Below, piece by piece: positions 1 through 9,850 of a DNA stretch of 64,000 bases. The number at the start of each line of letters is the position of its first letter. Position 1 is the stretch's first letter. Location: positions 6,620 through 70,619 of the forward strand of contig JAJYRM010000005.1 of assembly GCA_021794075.1 (NCBI GenBank), written 5' to 3'. The notes under the pieces were generated by a model. The model was not told the origin of the DNA. It was given only the letters and a program-made list of their open reading frames with translations, and ran no database searches. The stretch is from Bacteroidota bacterium. Lineage in GTDB: Bacteria; Bacteroidota; Ignavibacteria; Kryptoniales; JAKASW01. Position numbers and translations under genes: made by a program.

Positions 1-690
1 ATCGCCGATGCCGACATGATGCGGGACGCATTCATAGATTTGCTGAGAAGTAAAGGCTACTCAATACCTGAAATAGCGATCGGAAGCGACGCTATCGCGG
101 CTCTCGAGGGGGCATTCTCCGGCCGTCCTGGCATGATACTCATCTCAGGTACGGGTTCCATTCTTTTCGCCAAAGATCGTTTGGATCGCATCCACCGTGC
201 CGGAGGCTGGGGGCGTGTCATAGGGGATGAAGGAAGCGGATACTCAATCGGACAAGCCTGCCTGTCGGCAATCGCGCGCCAACTTGACGGGAGAGAGAAA
301 GTGACTTCTATGTGGCCTCTGTTTCAAGAGAGGCTAAGAATTCAAAGTTCGCAAGATTTAATAGCCGCTGTTTACCAGAATAAACTCGACATCGCGTCGC
401 TCGCCCTAATCGTAATTGAAGCAGCCGAACGCGGCGACGAAGTGGCTGGAGAAATTCTGTCAAAGGCTTCAATTGATCTATGTGACCTCATCGATGCGGT
501 TCTCAGGCAGTTAGACGTACCGGTTCCGCTTGTGCTATGCGGGAGTTTGCTGGAATCCGATAATTCATTTTCACAAAAACTGAAACTCAGTATCAAAACT
601 AGATTTACACATTTAAAGATACAGGAACCGGATCACTCACCAGCAGTTGGTGCGGCTCTCTTAGCCGTCAAGAAAATAGGACCATCATGA
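1..690 (+). CDS. BadF/BadG/BcrA/BcrD-type ATPase, N-acetylglucosamine-kinase-like (5' end lies outside window)
   Basis: The frame is open from base 1; track ORF 16..690 begins at the first in-window Met. ASKHA-fold sugar-kinase motifs ILISGTGSI and GGWGRVIGDEGSGYSIG are present. The stop overlaps the next start as ATGA (687-690). Confidence 0.75.
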   Translation: MADADMMRDAFIDLLRSKGYSIPEIAIGSDAIAALEGAFSGRPGMILISGTGSILFAKDRLDRIHRAGGWGRVIGDEGSGYSIGQACLSAIARQLDGREKVTSMWPLFQERLRIQSSQDLIAAVYQNKLDIASLALIVIEAAERGDEVAGEILSKASIDLCDLIDAVLRQLDVPVPLVLCGSLLESDNSFSQKLKLSIKTRFTHLKIQEPDHSPAVGAALLAVKKIGPS

Positions 691-3600
691 AACGTCTCTT
701 GCCAATACTCCTCGCATCCGTCCTTCTCATGTCATGCTCTTCAGGTCATTACCAGACCAAGAACGATGGAAAGCTCCCTTCATCTTCCGCCGGATCGGCG
801 CAGCAGGTCAATTCCGGTTACATACTTCAACAGCCGACAGGCACAGACTATAAATGGATCGCTGATACCGCATGGGTGGACAGTACCCTCAGCTCTCTTT
901 CGCTTCGCGAAGAAGTGGGTCAGATGATCGTGCCATTTACATACGCGAAATATATGAGCGACAACAGCAACTCTTACGACGAGCTCGCGCACCTGGTGAA
1001 GGAATTCCACGTGGGTGGTTTCGTCATGTCGATAGGGAATGTCTACGAAGAGGCAATGCTCATCAACAGGCTTCAGAAAATATCAAAGATCCCCCTTCTC
1101 TTCGCATCCGATTTTGAATATGGTCTTGGAATGCGTTTGAGAGACGCTGTCTCATTCCCAATGAACATGGCGCTCGGCGCGACACGCGACACGACTCTGG
1201 CGTTCAAGATCGGGCACGCGGTCGGCGACGAGGCGCGGGCGATAGGAGTGCTTCAGGTATACGCGCCCGTCTCAGACGTGAACGATAACCCCTCTAATCC
1301 GATAATCAACGTGAGATCTTTCGGAGAGAACCCTCAGCTTGTCGGACGGATGGCATCCGCCTGGGCAACCGGAGCACAGGAAGCGGGCGTGGTCGCAACC
1401 GCCAAACATTTTCCCGGCCACGGCGACACGCAGGTCGATTCCCACACGCAACTTCCGACGATCAACTATCCCTATTCAAGGCTCGACACGCTGGAACTTG
1501 TCCCGTTCCGTGACGACATAGCGGCCGGAATAAAGTCTGTCATGGTGGCACACATCGCTTTCCCGTTGTTCCAGCATGAAGTCGGCGTTCCCGCGACTTT
1601 GTCGCGGCAGATCACCACGGGTATGCTCCGGGATTCGCTCGGGTTCCACGGCCTTATAGTTACCGATGCCCTGACGATGGGCGGGGTTACGAAAGATTAC
1701 TCGACGGCGGAAGCCGCTATTAGAGCAGTAAACGCCGGAGCGGACATTCTTCTTATGCCGCCGGATGACAGGACAGCCGTCGATGCAATTGTCAAGGCAG
1801 TCCATGCAGGCGTGATCGCTCACGCAACTATTGACCGTGCCGTCAAGAAGATATTAACCGTAAAGTCCGAACTAGGTCTGGAAAAGCGACGATTCGTCAA
1901 CGTCGACAACATCGATAAAGTGATCGGTTCCATGAGTCATGAACTCCTCGCTCAGAAAGCGGCGAGGAGATCGATAACAATCGTAAGAAATATCGGGAAT
2001 TACCTTCCCCTTCAGTATCATCAGCCGCAGCAACTCCTCTGCCTCACGGTCGCCGACGACGGTGATCCATCAGTCGGACAGCGGTTCAGGAATGAGCTGG
2101 CAGAGCGGTGCGATAACATCGCTTACGCCCAGATCAATCCGACCTCGAATCAGATGAACTTCGACGATGTTTACAAGGAGGCGGAACAGTCGAACATCAT
2201 CGTCATCGCTTGCTATGTTCAGTGGGGAGCCGGCCAGGGAACCGTAGACTTCACTCCGCAGATTAAGGATTTTCTCAACAAAGTCGCTGCGCTCAACAAG
2301 CCGTGCATCATGGTCTCCTTCGGCAATCCGTATCTGCTAAGAAGCGTGCCGATTGTTCCCGCTTATGTCTGCGCTTACAGCTCGTCGAGGTACAGCGTCA
2401 ACGCTGCGGTGCAAGCATTGTTCGGCGAGATTAACGTGACCGGTAAGCTTCCGGTTACGATACCGAACGCTGCCAACTACGGCGACGGCGTCATGCTACC
2501 CAAGACAAGCCTGCAGTACTCCCCGCCGCAAGAGGCGGGTTTCAACCCCGTGAGACTCGACAGGCTCGACTCGATCATGAATTATTGGGTTGCGAAGGGC
2601 GCCTTCCCTGGCGCGCAACTACTTGTCGCGAGACACGGCATGATTGCATACGACAAGTGCTTTGGGACTCTGGACACATCGCTCTACTCCAGACGCGTCA
2701 CGCCTAACACGATGTTTGATTTAGCTTCGCTCACGAAAGTTATCGCAACAACATTCGCGGCGATGAAGCTGTACGACGAAGGAAAGCTCGACCTGGATGC
2801 GCCCGTTGCGAGATACATCCCGCAATTCGCGCAAAACGGGAAATCAGAAGTCACTATACGCAACCTGCTGGTACACGATTCAGGACTACCGCCGGATCCG
2901 CCGCATTTCCTCTGGGAGACGAGCGCAATCCCGCAAAGCCAGCTTGAGAGACTCCTGAAAGATCCTCACGCCTTCGTGTACGCCGACTCGTTCGGAAGCA
3001 ACTTTCATCTCGCACACCAGGCAATGTACGACAGCATCTACGCCATGCCGCTCTCATACAAGACCGGGACGAAGATGGTGTACAGTGATATCAACTTCAT
3101 CGTGCTTGGAAAGGTCATCGAGAGTATCACTGGAATGCCGCTCGATCAGTACGTGGAGCAAAATTTCTACAAGCCTCTAGGTATGACGCGCACCATGTAC
3201 AATCCGCCCAGCAATTTGTGGAAAGATTGCGCGGCGACCGAATACGATTCCGTCGCCGGTTATCTACTTCAGGGAGTTGTGCACGATGAAAACGCCCGTT
3301 CACTTGGAGGCGTGTCGGGGCACGCTGGACTCTTTTCTACAAGCGAGGACCTCGCGGTGTATGCTCAGATGCTTCTCAATGGCGGCATTTACGACGGGCG
3401 ACGATATCTGAAGGCCTCGACGATTTCACTCTTCACCAGAAAGCAGTCCGATCTCAGTACTCGAGCGCTAGGCTGGGATACTAAATCTCCCGAACACTCA
3501 ACCGCGGGAAGATATTTTTCGCCGACTTCCTTTGGCCACCTTGGTTTCACAGGCACGATGATCTGGGTCGACCCTGTAAGGAAGCTCTTCGTCATTCTAC

Positions 3601-3704
3601 TGACGAACCGAGTGTGCCCGACGAGAAAGAACGAAGAGATCCAGATAGTCAGACCCACGGTATGCAATGCCGTCATAGAAGCTTTGTCTTCCGACAAAAG
3701 ATGA
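687..3704 (+). CDS. Lipoprotein fusion enzyme: GH3 beta-N-acetylhexosaminidase (NagZ-like) plus serine beta-lactamase-fold hydrolase
   Basis: Lipoprotein-type signal LLASVLLMSCSS. GH3 motifs KHFPGHGDTQVDSH and GLIVTDALTMGG in the N-terminal ~600 aa. The C-terminal ~380 aa has the serine-hydrolase SxxK motif (FDLASLTKVIATT) and a YSD(IN) motif typical of the class C beta-lactamase/AmpH fold. Confidence 0.85.
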   Translation: MKRLLPILLASVLLMSCSSGHYQTKNDGKLPSSSAGSAQQVNSGYILQQPTGTDYKWIADTAWVDSTLSSLSLREEVGQMIVPFTYAKYMSDNSNSYDELAHLVKEFHVGGFVMSIGNVYEEAMLINRLQKISKIPLLFASDFEYGLGMRLRDAVSFPMNMALGATRDTTLAFKIGHAVGDEARAIGVLQVYAPVSDVNDNPSNPIINVRSFGENPQLVGRMASAWATGAQEAGVVATAKHFPGHGDTQVDSHTQLPTINYPYSRLDTLELVPFRDDIAAGIKSVMVAHIAFPLFQHEVGVPATLSRQITTGMLRDSLGFHGLIVTDALTMGGVTKDYSTAEAAIRAVNAGADILLMPPDDRTAVDAIVKAVHAGVIAHATIDRAVKKILTVKSELGLEKRRFVNVDNIDKVIGSMSHELLAQKAARRSITIVRNIGNYLPLQYHQPQQLLCLTVADDGDPSVGQRFRNELAERCDNIAYAQINPTSNQMNFDDVYKEAEQSNIIVIACYVQWGAGQGTVDFTPQIKDFLNKVAALNKPCIMVSFGNPYLLRSVPIVPAYVCAYSSSRYSVNAAVQALFGEINVTGKLPVTIPNAANYGDGVMLPKTSLQYSPPQEAGFNPVRLDRLDSIMNYWVAKGAFPGAQLLVARHGMIAYDKCFGTLDTSLYSRRVTPNTMFDLASLTKVIATTFAAMKLYDEGKLDLDAPVARYIPQFAQNGKSEVTIRNLLVHDSGLPPDPPHFLWETSAIPQSQLERLLKDPHAFVYADSFGSNFHLAHQAMYDSIYAMPLSYKTGTKMVYSDINFIVLGKVIESITGMPLDQYVEQNFYKPLGMTRTMYNPPSNLWKDCAATEYDSVAGYLLQGVVHDENARSLGGVSGHAGLFSTSEDLAVYAQMLLNGGIYDGRRYLKASTISLFTRKQSDLSTRALGWDTKSPEHSTAGRYFSPTSFGHLGFTGTMIWVDPVRKLFVILLTNRVCPTRKNEEIQIVRPTVCNAVIEALSSDKR

Positions 3705-3737
3705 GGCCATCGACGAGTAGAAAGATTTTCTTGAACC

Positions 3738-3762
3738 GCGGCCGCCGATCCTGGGTGGCCGC
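3738..3762 (+). terminator. GC-rich stem-loop between the GH3 fusion gene and the response regulator gene (no T-tract)
   Basis: GCGGCCGCC-gatcctg-GGTGGCCGC forms a 9-bp stem with one G-U pair, 34 nt after the stop. It is followed directly by AGGAG and the ATG at 3778. No U-run follows, so intrinsic termination is uncertain. Confidence 0.3.
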
Positions 3763-3777
3763 AGGAGTATAATTGAA

Positions 3778-4461
3778 ATGAGAATCCTGGTAGTTGAAGA
3801 CGAAAAAAAAGTTGCGTCGTTCATTAAGAAAGGGCTCGAAGAGCAATCCTACGCGGTAGATACTGCATTCGACGGCCTCGAGGGTGAACTTATGGCTTCT
3901 CAGACTCCCTATGATGCTATCATTCTGGATGTCCTTTTGCCGAAACAGGACGGCATCGTCACGTGCCAGAAGATACGGTATAAGGGAGTCAGCACACCGG
4001 TCCTCATGCTCACCGCGCTCGGGGAGACCGACGACAAGGTGCGCGGCCTCGACTCAGGCGCCGACGATTATCTAACGAAGCCTTTTCACTTCGAGGAACT
4101 TCTGGCAAGAGTTCGGGCGCTTCTGAGAAGGAAGAGTCAGGACAAATCCGCGCTTCTGCAAGCTGGCGGGCTGGTGCTCGACCCAGTGACGAGAAAGGTA
4201 GAACGCGAAGGAAAACAGATCCGCCTCACGAGCAGAGAATTCGCGCTGCTTGAATACTTCATGAGAAACAAAGGGCAGATACTATCGCGAGCAAATCTTG
4301 CCCAGCATGTTTGGAACGTCTCCTTTGACATGGAATCCAACGTAATAGACGTTTACGTCAAGCTTCTGCGACAGAAGATCGACAAGGGATTCGAGAACCC
4401 GATGCTGCAAACAATAGTTGGAGCTGGTTACGTTTTGAAAGACACGGATGAGAACGATTAG
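3778..4461 (+). CDS. OmpR/PhoB-family response regulator
   Basis: Receiver domain (MRILVVEDEKK, AIILDVLLP, TKPF) plus winged helix (LTSREFALLEYFMRNKGQILSR ... GAGYVL). AGGAG lies upstream of the ATG. Confidence 0.9.
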   Translation: MRILVVEDEKKVASFIKKGLEEQSYAVDTAFDGLEGELMASQTPYDAIILDVLLPKQDGIVTCQKIRYKGVSTPVLMLTALGETDDKVRGLDSGADDYLTKPFHFEELLARVRALLRRKSQDKSALLQAGGLVLDPVTRKVEREGKQIRLTSREFALLEYFMRNKGQILSRANLAQHVWNVSFDMESNVIDVYVKLLRQKIDKGFENPMLQTIVGAGYVLKDTDEND

Positions 4462-5923
4462 AGCAAAAATAATTGTCCTCTTCGTCGTAATCTTCGGGCT
4501 TACGCTGTCTGCCTTCTCGGGTGTGCTGTATTACCTTTACGCCAGACAGAGTGCCCAGAATTTCGATCTGAGTCTAAGCAATGACGCTCTTGCGATCGTC
4601 GGCATGGTCAAGGGAAACAGCTTCCTGGAACAGGAGATACTCTCAGGTATCATACAGCAGCCACTCCAAGCTAATTTCGGACCGAACAGATATGTCCAGG
4701 TACTCTCTATAAATGGCAATATCATCATCAGGTCGTCGGATCTTAAGGATGTCACGCTTCCCGTCAGCCCCGACGTTCTTGCCCTCGCGTTAAGTCAACA
4801 CCAGGTCTTCGAGACGCTGAACGGCAAAACGGCCGGTAAGCTGATTGGTACAGGCCGATTGAGAATGGTGACGTATCCCGTGTTTGAGGATGGAATGCCG
4901 AGATACCTCGTGCAAGTCGCATCAAACACTGAACCGCTTGATGAAAACATGTTGCAATTGCGACTCCTCCTTTTCATATCGGTACCATTAGCGATTTTGG
5001 CTGCCGCGTTGGGAGGGCTTTTTATTGCCAAGAAGGCATTCGACCCGATCGATAAGATTATCAGGACGGCGCAATCAATTTCCGCTGAGCATTTGGACAA
5101 GAGGCTCGAAATGGGAAAGATAGACGACGAGGTGTCGCGCCTATCAAAAACACTGAACGCAATGTTCGACCGCATAGAAGAGGCCTTCAGACTTCAGAAG
5201 CAGTTCACTGCCGACGCCTCCCATGAGCTTAAGACGCCCCTAACGATATTGCTCGGCGAAATGGAGGTCACGCTAGCTAACCCACGGACAGCCAAAGAGT
5301 ATGTCGAGACCCTCGGAAGCGCCGTCGAGGAGATTCGTCGGATAACCAAGATCGTCGACGAACTCTTGACTATTGCCCGCTTGGAAAGCGGACAGCTGGC
5401 GATGCAAAAACAACCGGTACGACTCGATGAGCTTCTCCTGGATGCCGTTTCAAAGACTTCCGCCTACGCTTCAAGGAGATCTATAAAGATCAACTTTGAA
5501 GTGCACGACCGCCCTACCGAGGAGAGCGAGGAGGTCTTAATTTCGGGAGACGAGGACAAGCTCCTCAGCGTTTTCATCAATCTGCTTGACAACGCCATCA
5601 AGTACTCAAACGACGACACAACAATCAGAGTGTCGCTCACCGTCTCCGGAGGATTCGCCGCCGTCGATATAATCGATAAAGGAATAGGTATCGACGCAGA
5701 CGATCTTCCGCACGTGTTCGACAGATTCTACCGGGCCGATAAATCGAGATCTTCGGAGGGAGCAAGGCGCGGAACCGGATTAGGCCTGTCAATTTCAAAG
5801 TATCTCGTCGAAGCTCACGGCGGAAGCATCAGCGTCGCCAGCACCAAGGGAGCCGGCACAACCGTATCGGTAAGACTTCCCATTTGTGAGCCTGCAGTTG
5901 AGCTCAAAGTACCTCAGGCATAA
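4448..5923 (+). CDS. Sensor histidine kinase (2 TM, periplasmic loop, HAMP, HisKA, HATPase)
   Basis: H-box FTADASHELKTPLT, N-box LLDNAIKYS, G-boxes DKGIGI and GTGLGLSISK. The start overlaps the response regulator gene by 14 nt. Confidence 0.9.
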   Translation: MRTIRAKIIVLFVVIFGLTLSAFSGVLYYLYARQSAQNFDLSLSNDALAIVGMVKGNSFLEQEILSGIIQQPLQANFGPNRYVQVLSINGNIIIRSSDLKDVTLPVSPDVLALALSQHQVFETLNGKTAGKLIGTGRLRMVTYPVFEDGMPRYLVQVASNTEPLDENMLQLRLLLFISVPLAILAAALGGLFIAKKAFDPIDKIIRTAQSISAEHLDKRLEMGKIDDEVSRLSKTLNAMFDRIEEAFRLQKQFTADASHELKTPLTILLGEMEVTLANPRTAKEYVETLGSAVEEIRRITKIVDELLTIARLESGQLAMQKQPVRLDELLLDAVSKTSAYASRRSIKINFEVHDRPTEESEEVLISGDEDKLLSVFINLLDNAIKYSNDDTTIRVSLTVSGGFAAVDIIDKGIGIDADDLPHVFDRFYRADKSRSSEGARRGTGLGLSISKYLVEAHGGSISVASTKGAGTTVSVRLPICEPAVELKVPQA

Positions 5924-5963
5924 ATACTAAAGTCCGCCGCCTCCCGAGAGTCCAACTGCACGC

Positions 5964-5989
5964 AAAAAAAAGAGCGGCTCTTGCCGCTC
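5964..5989 (-). terminator. Rho-independent terminator of frr
   Basis: On the minus strand, GAGCGGC-AAGA-GCCGCTC is followed by T8, about 29 nt downstream of the frr stop. Confidence 0.8.
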
Positions 5990-6017
5990 ATAAAAGGCAT
6001 TTGATTGTCCAGAGACC

Positions 6018-6587
6018 TCAAACTTCCATAATCTCTTTCTCTTTCCCTGAAAGAATATCGTCCAGTTGCTTTATGAATTTGTCTGTAAGCTTCTGGACCT
6101 CCCCCTCGCCGTGCTTCCGTTCATCTTCCGAAACGTGCGCTTCCTTCTCGGCTTTCTTCAAATGTTCATTCGCGTCCCGGCGGACGTTACGCACCGTTAT
6201 CTTTCCATCCTCGGCAAATTTTTTCGCAACTTTCACAAGCTCTTTTCTTCTTTCTTCCGTGAGCGGGGGAACTGGAAGCCGGATGATTGTACCGTCGTTA
6301 GTCGGCGTCAAGCCGATATTGGCGGCAAGTATGGCTTTCTCGATCTCCTGGAGGACAGATTTATCCCACGGTTGTATGGTAATCAGATGAGCGTCAGGCG
6401 CGCTGATCGAAGCTGTCTGAGCTATCGGCATCTTCTGACCGTAATAGTCGATCCTGATATCGTCGAGTATAGCGACAGTCGCCTTCCCCGACCGGAGCTT
6501 GGAAAGTTCCTGTCTCGTAAATTCTACGGCCTTCTTCATTTTGTCATCTGTCTCGTGGATAATCTTGTCCAGCATAAATTTCTCCAA
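6018..6587 (-). CDS. frr: Ribosome recycling factor
   Basis: 189 aa with full-length resemblance to Frr (RSGKATVAILDDIRIDYYG, LTEERRKELVK, VRNVRRDANE). Confidence 0.95.
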   Translation of the reverse strand: MEKFMLDKIIHETDDKMKKAVEFTRQELSKLRSGKATVAILDDIRIDYYGQKMPIAQTASISAPDAHLITIQPWDKSVLQEIEKAILAANIGLTPTNDGTIIRLPVPPLTEERRKELVKVAKKFAEDGKITVRNVRRDANEHLKKAEKEAHVSEDERKHGEGEVQKLTDKFIKQLDDILSGKEKEIMEV

Positions 6588-6606
6588 ATTAATGATCGAT
6601 TAGTTG

Positions 6607-7320
6607 TTACTGCTGTACGGTCGATCCAACCTCTTCACCTGTCACAATTCTCTTGAGGTTTCCCGGTACGTTCATATTGAAAACGACAATGGGGAGTTTG
6701 TTCTCCCGGCAGAGAGTGATCGCGGTAAGGTCCATGACCTTCAAATCTTTTTTAAGTACGTCCATGTACGAAATTTCAGGAAATTTAATCGCGGCAGGAT
6801 TCTTCTCGGGATCGGAATCATATATTCCGTCCACGCGCGTGCCCTTCACGATTACGTCCGCCTTGATCTCGACAGCTCTAAGGGCTGCGGCCGTATCAGT
6901 TGTAAAGTATGGGTTCCCCGTCCCCGCGCCGAATATTACGACTCTGCCTTTCTCGAGATGTCTAATCGCCCGCCTTCTTATGTAAGGCTCCGCCATTTCT
7001 TCCATCGAGATCGCACTCATCAGCCTCGTGTACGTTCCGTTCTTCTCAAGCACGTTCTGAAGAGCGAGGGCGTTGATAACCGTTGCGAGCATTCCCATCT
7101 GGTCGCCGACAACCTTATCGACCCCGTCGGCAGCCGCGGCAATGCCGCGATAGATATTCCCCCCGCCGATCACTATTCCAATTTCAACGCCGAGCGAGCG
7201 GACCGCAGCGACCTCAGTCGAAAAGTGCTCCATCACGGCAGGGTCGATACCATAGCCTTTGTCGCCCATGAGAGCCTCGCCGCTGAGCTTCAAAAGAATT
7301 CTGTGATATTTAATATCCAC
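6607..7320 (-). CDS. pyrH: UMP kinase
   Basis: [20 protein letters not shown] and [20 protein letters not shown]. It lies 19 nt upstream of frr. Confidence 0.95.
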   Translation of the reverse strand: MDIKYHRILLKLSGEALMGDKGYGIDPAVMEHFSTEVAAVRSLGVEIGIVIGGGNIYRGIAAAADGVDKVVGDQMGMLATVINALALQNVLEKNGTYTRLMSAISMEEMAEPYIRRRAIRHLEKGRVVIFGAGTGNPYFTTDTAAALRAVEIKADVIVKGTRVDGIYDSDPEKNPAAIKFPEISYMDVLKKDLKVMDLTAITLCRENKLPIVVFNMNVPGNLKRIVTGEEVGSTVQQ

Positions 7321-7365
7321 GCTCGCTCCTTCTCAAGGTTAATGTAACAAGTTACAAAAAAAAGC

Positions 7366-7404
7366 TGCACTTCCGAATAACTCAAGTGCAGCTTCAATGG
7401 CTTA
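7366..7404 (-). terminator. Rho-independent terminator of tsf
   Basis: On the minus strand, AAGCTGCACTT-(11-nt loop)-AAGTGCAGCTT is followed by T8, about 44 nt downstream of the tsf stop. Confidence 0.8.
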
Positions 7405-7447
7405 GGCTGATATGCCTATATGGCAATCAACGGGTCGACAAAGCCGT

Positions 7448-8053
7448 TCACTTAGTTCCATCGATCCCGAGCTCAAATCTCTGGAATCTGCGGATGGAGA
7501 CGTTCTCTCCAGTTTTCGCAGTCATGTCCATGATGAGATCCTTGATCATTCTCTGAGGGTCCTTAATAAAGGCCTGTTCTGTGAGTACCACTTCCTGGTA
7601 ATACTTTTCGAGTCTTCCTTCGGCGATCTTGTCAGCTATCTGCTCGTTCTTTCCTTCCGAGATAGCCTGTTCGCGAGATTCCTTTCGTTCCTTTTCAACA
7701 AGCTCGCTCGGCAATTCTGCGCGCTCGACAACCATCGGGTTCATCGCGGCAATTTGCATCGCGATGTCGCGAGCTAGAAGTTTAAACTCGTCGGTTCGTG
7801 CCACAAAGTCCGTCTCGCAATTAATTTCGACCATCGCGCCGATTCTGCCGCCAGCGTGAATGTAAGCCTCGACGACGCCCTGTTTCGCTTCACGTCCCGC
7901 ACGCTTCTCGGCTACCTGCGCGCCACGGGCGCGGAGAATCTTTTTCGCCTGTTCGACATCCCCGTTCGCTTCCTGTAGCGCTTTCTTGCACTCCATCATC
8001 CCCGCCCCTGTCACTTCGCGGAGAGATTTTACCATTTCGACGTTAATTTCCAT
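7448..8053 (-). CDS. tsf: Elongation factor Ts (short ~200-aa form)
   Basis: N-terminal EF-Ts signature VKSLREVTGAGMMECKKALQEANGDVEQA. It lies 2 nt downstream of rpsB. Confidence 0.9.
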   Translation of the reverse strand: MEINVEMVKSLREVTGAGMMECKKALQEANGDVEQAKKILRARGAQVAEKRAGREAKQGVVEAYIHAGGRIGAMVEINCETDFVARTDEFKLLARDIAMQIAAMNPMVVERAELPSELVEKERKESREQAISEGKNEQIADKIAEGRLEKYYQEVVLTEQAFIKDPQRMIKDLIMDMTAKTGENVSIRRFQRFELGIDGTK

Positions 8054-8055
8054 TT

Positions 8056-8820
8056 TTACTTTTCGCTTTCTCCTTTTGCTGACGCGCCAGCCGTGTTCGC
8101 CGACTGCTCCATCATAGCTTCCACTTTAAGTTCCTTAGTGCGCTGACTACCTTCGATATACGCGTCGGTGAGCGCTGCAGTGATCACTTCGATCGCCTTC
8201 ACAGCGTCGTCATTCGAGGGAATCACATAGTTTATCGGATCCGGATCGCAGTTGGTATCGACCATCGCGAAGATCGGGATGCCCAGTCGCTCTGCTTCCT
8301 TGATCGCTATATGCTCTTTCTTAATATCCACCACGAAGAGAGCGCCGGGAAGTTTGTTCATGTCTCTCACGCCTGACAAAATCTTATCGAGCTTCTGCTT
8401 CTCTCGCGCGAGGTGCAGCCCCTCTTTCTTCGTCATGTTTTCGATGGTGTTGTCGGTCTCCATTTTCTCAATGTGCTGGAGGCGCCGGACGCTCTTACGT
8501 ATGGTGCTGAAGTTAGTCAACATTCCACCAAGCCATCGCTCAGTCACATAATGAACGCTGGCACGCTCAGCCTGTTTGCGTATGATATCTCTTGCCTGCT
8601 TCTTAGTGCCGACATAAAGGATCTTCTTCCCTTCTGCGGCCAGGTTCGCTATCGCGTCGCAGGCCTCTTCCAGAAGCTGCTGTGTCTGTCTAAGATCGAT
8701 GATATGAATGCCGTTTCGTTCCATGAAGATGTAAGGCTTCATCTTTGGATCCCAGCGGCGGGTGAGATGTCCGAAATGAGCACCCGATGAGAGGAGTGCT
8801 TCTACACTTGCTCTTGGCAT
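8056..8820 (-). CDS. rpsB: 30S ribosomal protein S2
   Basis: I placed the start at ATG 8820 ([18 protein letters not shown]), which is preceded by AAAGGAG. The 33 extra N-terminal codons of the track ORF do not resemble S2. Confidence 0.95.
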   Translation of the reverse strand: MPRASVEALLSSGAHFGHLTRRWDPKMKPYIFMERNGIHIIDLRQTQQLLEEACDAIANLAAEGKKILYVGTKKQARDIIRKQAERASVHYVTERWLGGMLTNFSTIRKSVRRLQHIEKMETDNTIENMTKKEGLHLAREKQKLDKILSGVRDMNKLPGALFVVDIKKEHIAIKEAERLGIPIFAMVDTNCDPDPINYVIPSNDDAVKAIEVITAALTDAYIEGSQRTKELKVEAMMEQSANTAGASAKGESEK

Positions 8821-8998
8821 TTTAGCTCCTTTGGTTTTTCTTCTACTTTCTTCGTCTTCACGCGGAATCCCTTCGCTCGATTTTCGAGCCGGGACACCAC
8901 CGCGCAAATTCCCGCCCACTTAACCGCGGCGGGAGGCCGCACTCACAAGGCGTGAGCAGTCGGCACGGAAAGTATGCTTGTTGTTATTTGTAAGATGA

Positions 8999-9400
8999 TT
9001 AACGCTTTGTCCACTGGAAGGATTTGCGAGCCTTCCGCCGGCCATACTTCTTTCGCTCGACCATTCTCGGGTCACGCGTCAGCACTCCGGCTGCCCGAAG
9101 TCGCGGGCGCATTTCTTCCCCTTCCTTAAGAAGGGCCCTGGCTATCGCCAGCTTCAACGCGCCTGCCTGTCCCGACAGACCACCGCCGTCTACTATGGCG
9201 TAAACGTCGTACTTACCCTGCGTCTCAGTTGCCTCGAACGGCCTGAAGAGCTCGTTCTGAACAGACACGACGGGAAAATATTCGTAATGGGGCTGGTCGT
9301 TCACAAAAATCTTTCCGGTTCCCGGGACCAGTTTCGCTCTGGCAGTGGAAGTTTTCCTTCTACCTACGGCAACATTTGCATTTTGAACCGATGCCATCAA
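8999..9400 (-). CDS. rpsI: 30S ribosomal protein S9
   Basis: 133 aa with GGGLSGQAGALKLAIARAL and the basic C-terminus KKYGRRKARKSFQWTKR. Confidence 0.95.
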   Translation of the reverse strand: MMASVQNANVAVGRRKTSTARAKLVPGTGKIFVNDQPHYEYFPVVSVQNELFRPFEATETQGKYDVYAIVDGGGLSGQAGALKLAIARALLKEGEEMRPRLRAAGVLTRDPRMVERKKYGRRKARKSFQWTKR

Positions 9401-9409
9401 AACTCCTGA

Positions 9410-9850
9410 TTATAATTCTATTACTGTTGGCTTCTGTGCGGTGTGCGGATGATCTGAACCCGCATAGACCTTCAGCTTCGTGAAGAGCCTCGCACCGAGC
9501 CGGTTCTTCGGGAGCATTCCCTTCACCGCGTGCTCGATCACAACTTCCGGCTTCTCCTCGATCAGCTCTTTGTACTTGGTGTAGGTAGCACCGGTTGGAT
9601 ACCCCGTATGATGGAAGTATACCTTGGTCTCAGCCTTCTTTCCGGTCACTCTCACCTTGCTGGCATTCACCACTACCACAAAATCGCCGGTATCGGTGTG
9701 CGGGGTGAACTTCGCGCTGTTCTTTCCCCTCAGAATGCTCGCCACTTTCGTAGCCAACCTTCCGAGCGTCTTGCCGTTAGCGTCGACAACGTACCATTTT
9801 TGCGGTACGTCTTCCCTTGTAAAACTCTTTGTTGAATATTCAGGTGACAA
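9410..9850 (-). CDS. rplM: 50S ribosomal protein L13
   Basis: [26 protein letters not shown]. The track ORF starts at TTG 9883. A second in-frame TTG at 9850 is preceded by GGAGATACAA and gives a typical 146 aa, so the start is uncertain by 11 codons. Confidence 0.9.
   Translation of the reverse strand: MSPEYSTKSFTREDVPQKWYVVDANGKTLGRLATKVASILRGKNSAKFTPHTDTGDFVVVVNASKVRVTGKKAETKVYFHHTGYPTGATYTKYKELIEEKPEVVIEHAVKGMLPKNRLGARLFTKLKVYAGSDHPHTAQKPTVIEL

Noticed and set aside
6604-7347. A 247-aa plus-strand ORF, plus neighbours 6001-6390 and 6066-6656.
   Set aside because: It is entirely antisense to pyrH and frr, which have unambiguous full-length homology. Its translation is low-complexity, Arg/Ser/Leu-rich and has no motifs. 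It is a typical shadow ORF.
8821-8919. An N-terminal 33-codon extension of the rpsB track ORF. Similar extensions occur at 23607-23696, 46823-46999, 61123-61218, 29437-29565 and 17089-17169.
   Set aside because: The extensions do not resemble the respective protein families, would overlap upstream genes or remove signal peptides, and internal ATGs with Shine-Dalgarno-like sequences give canonical N-termini.
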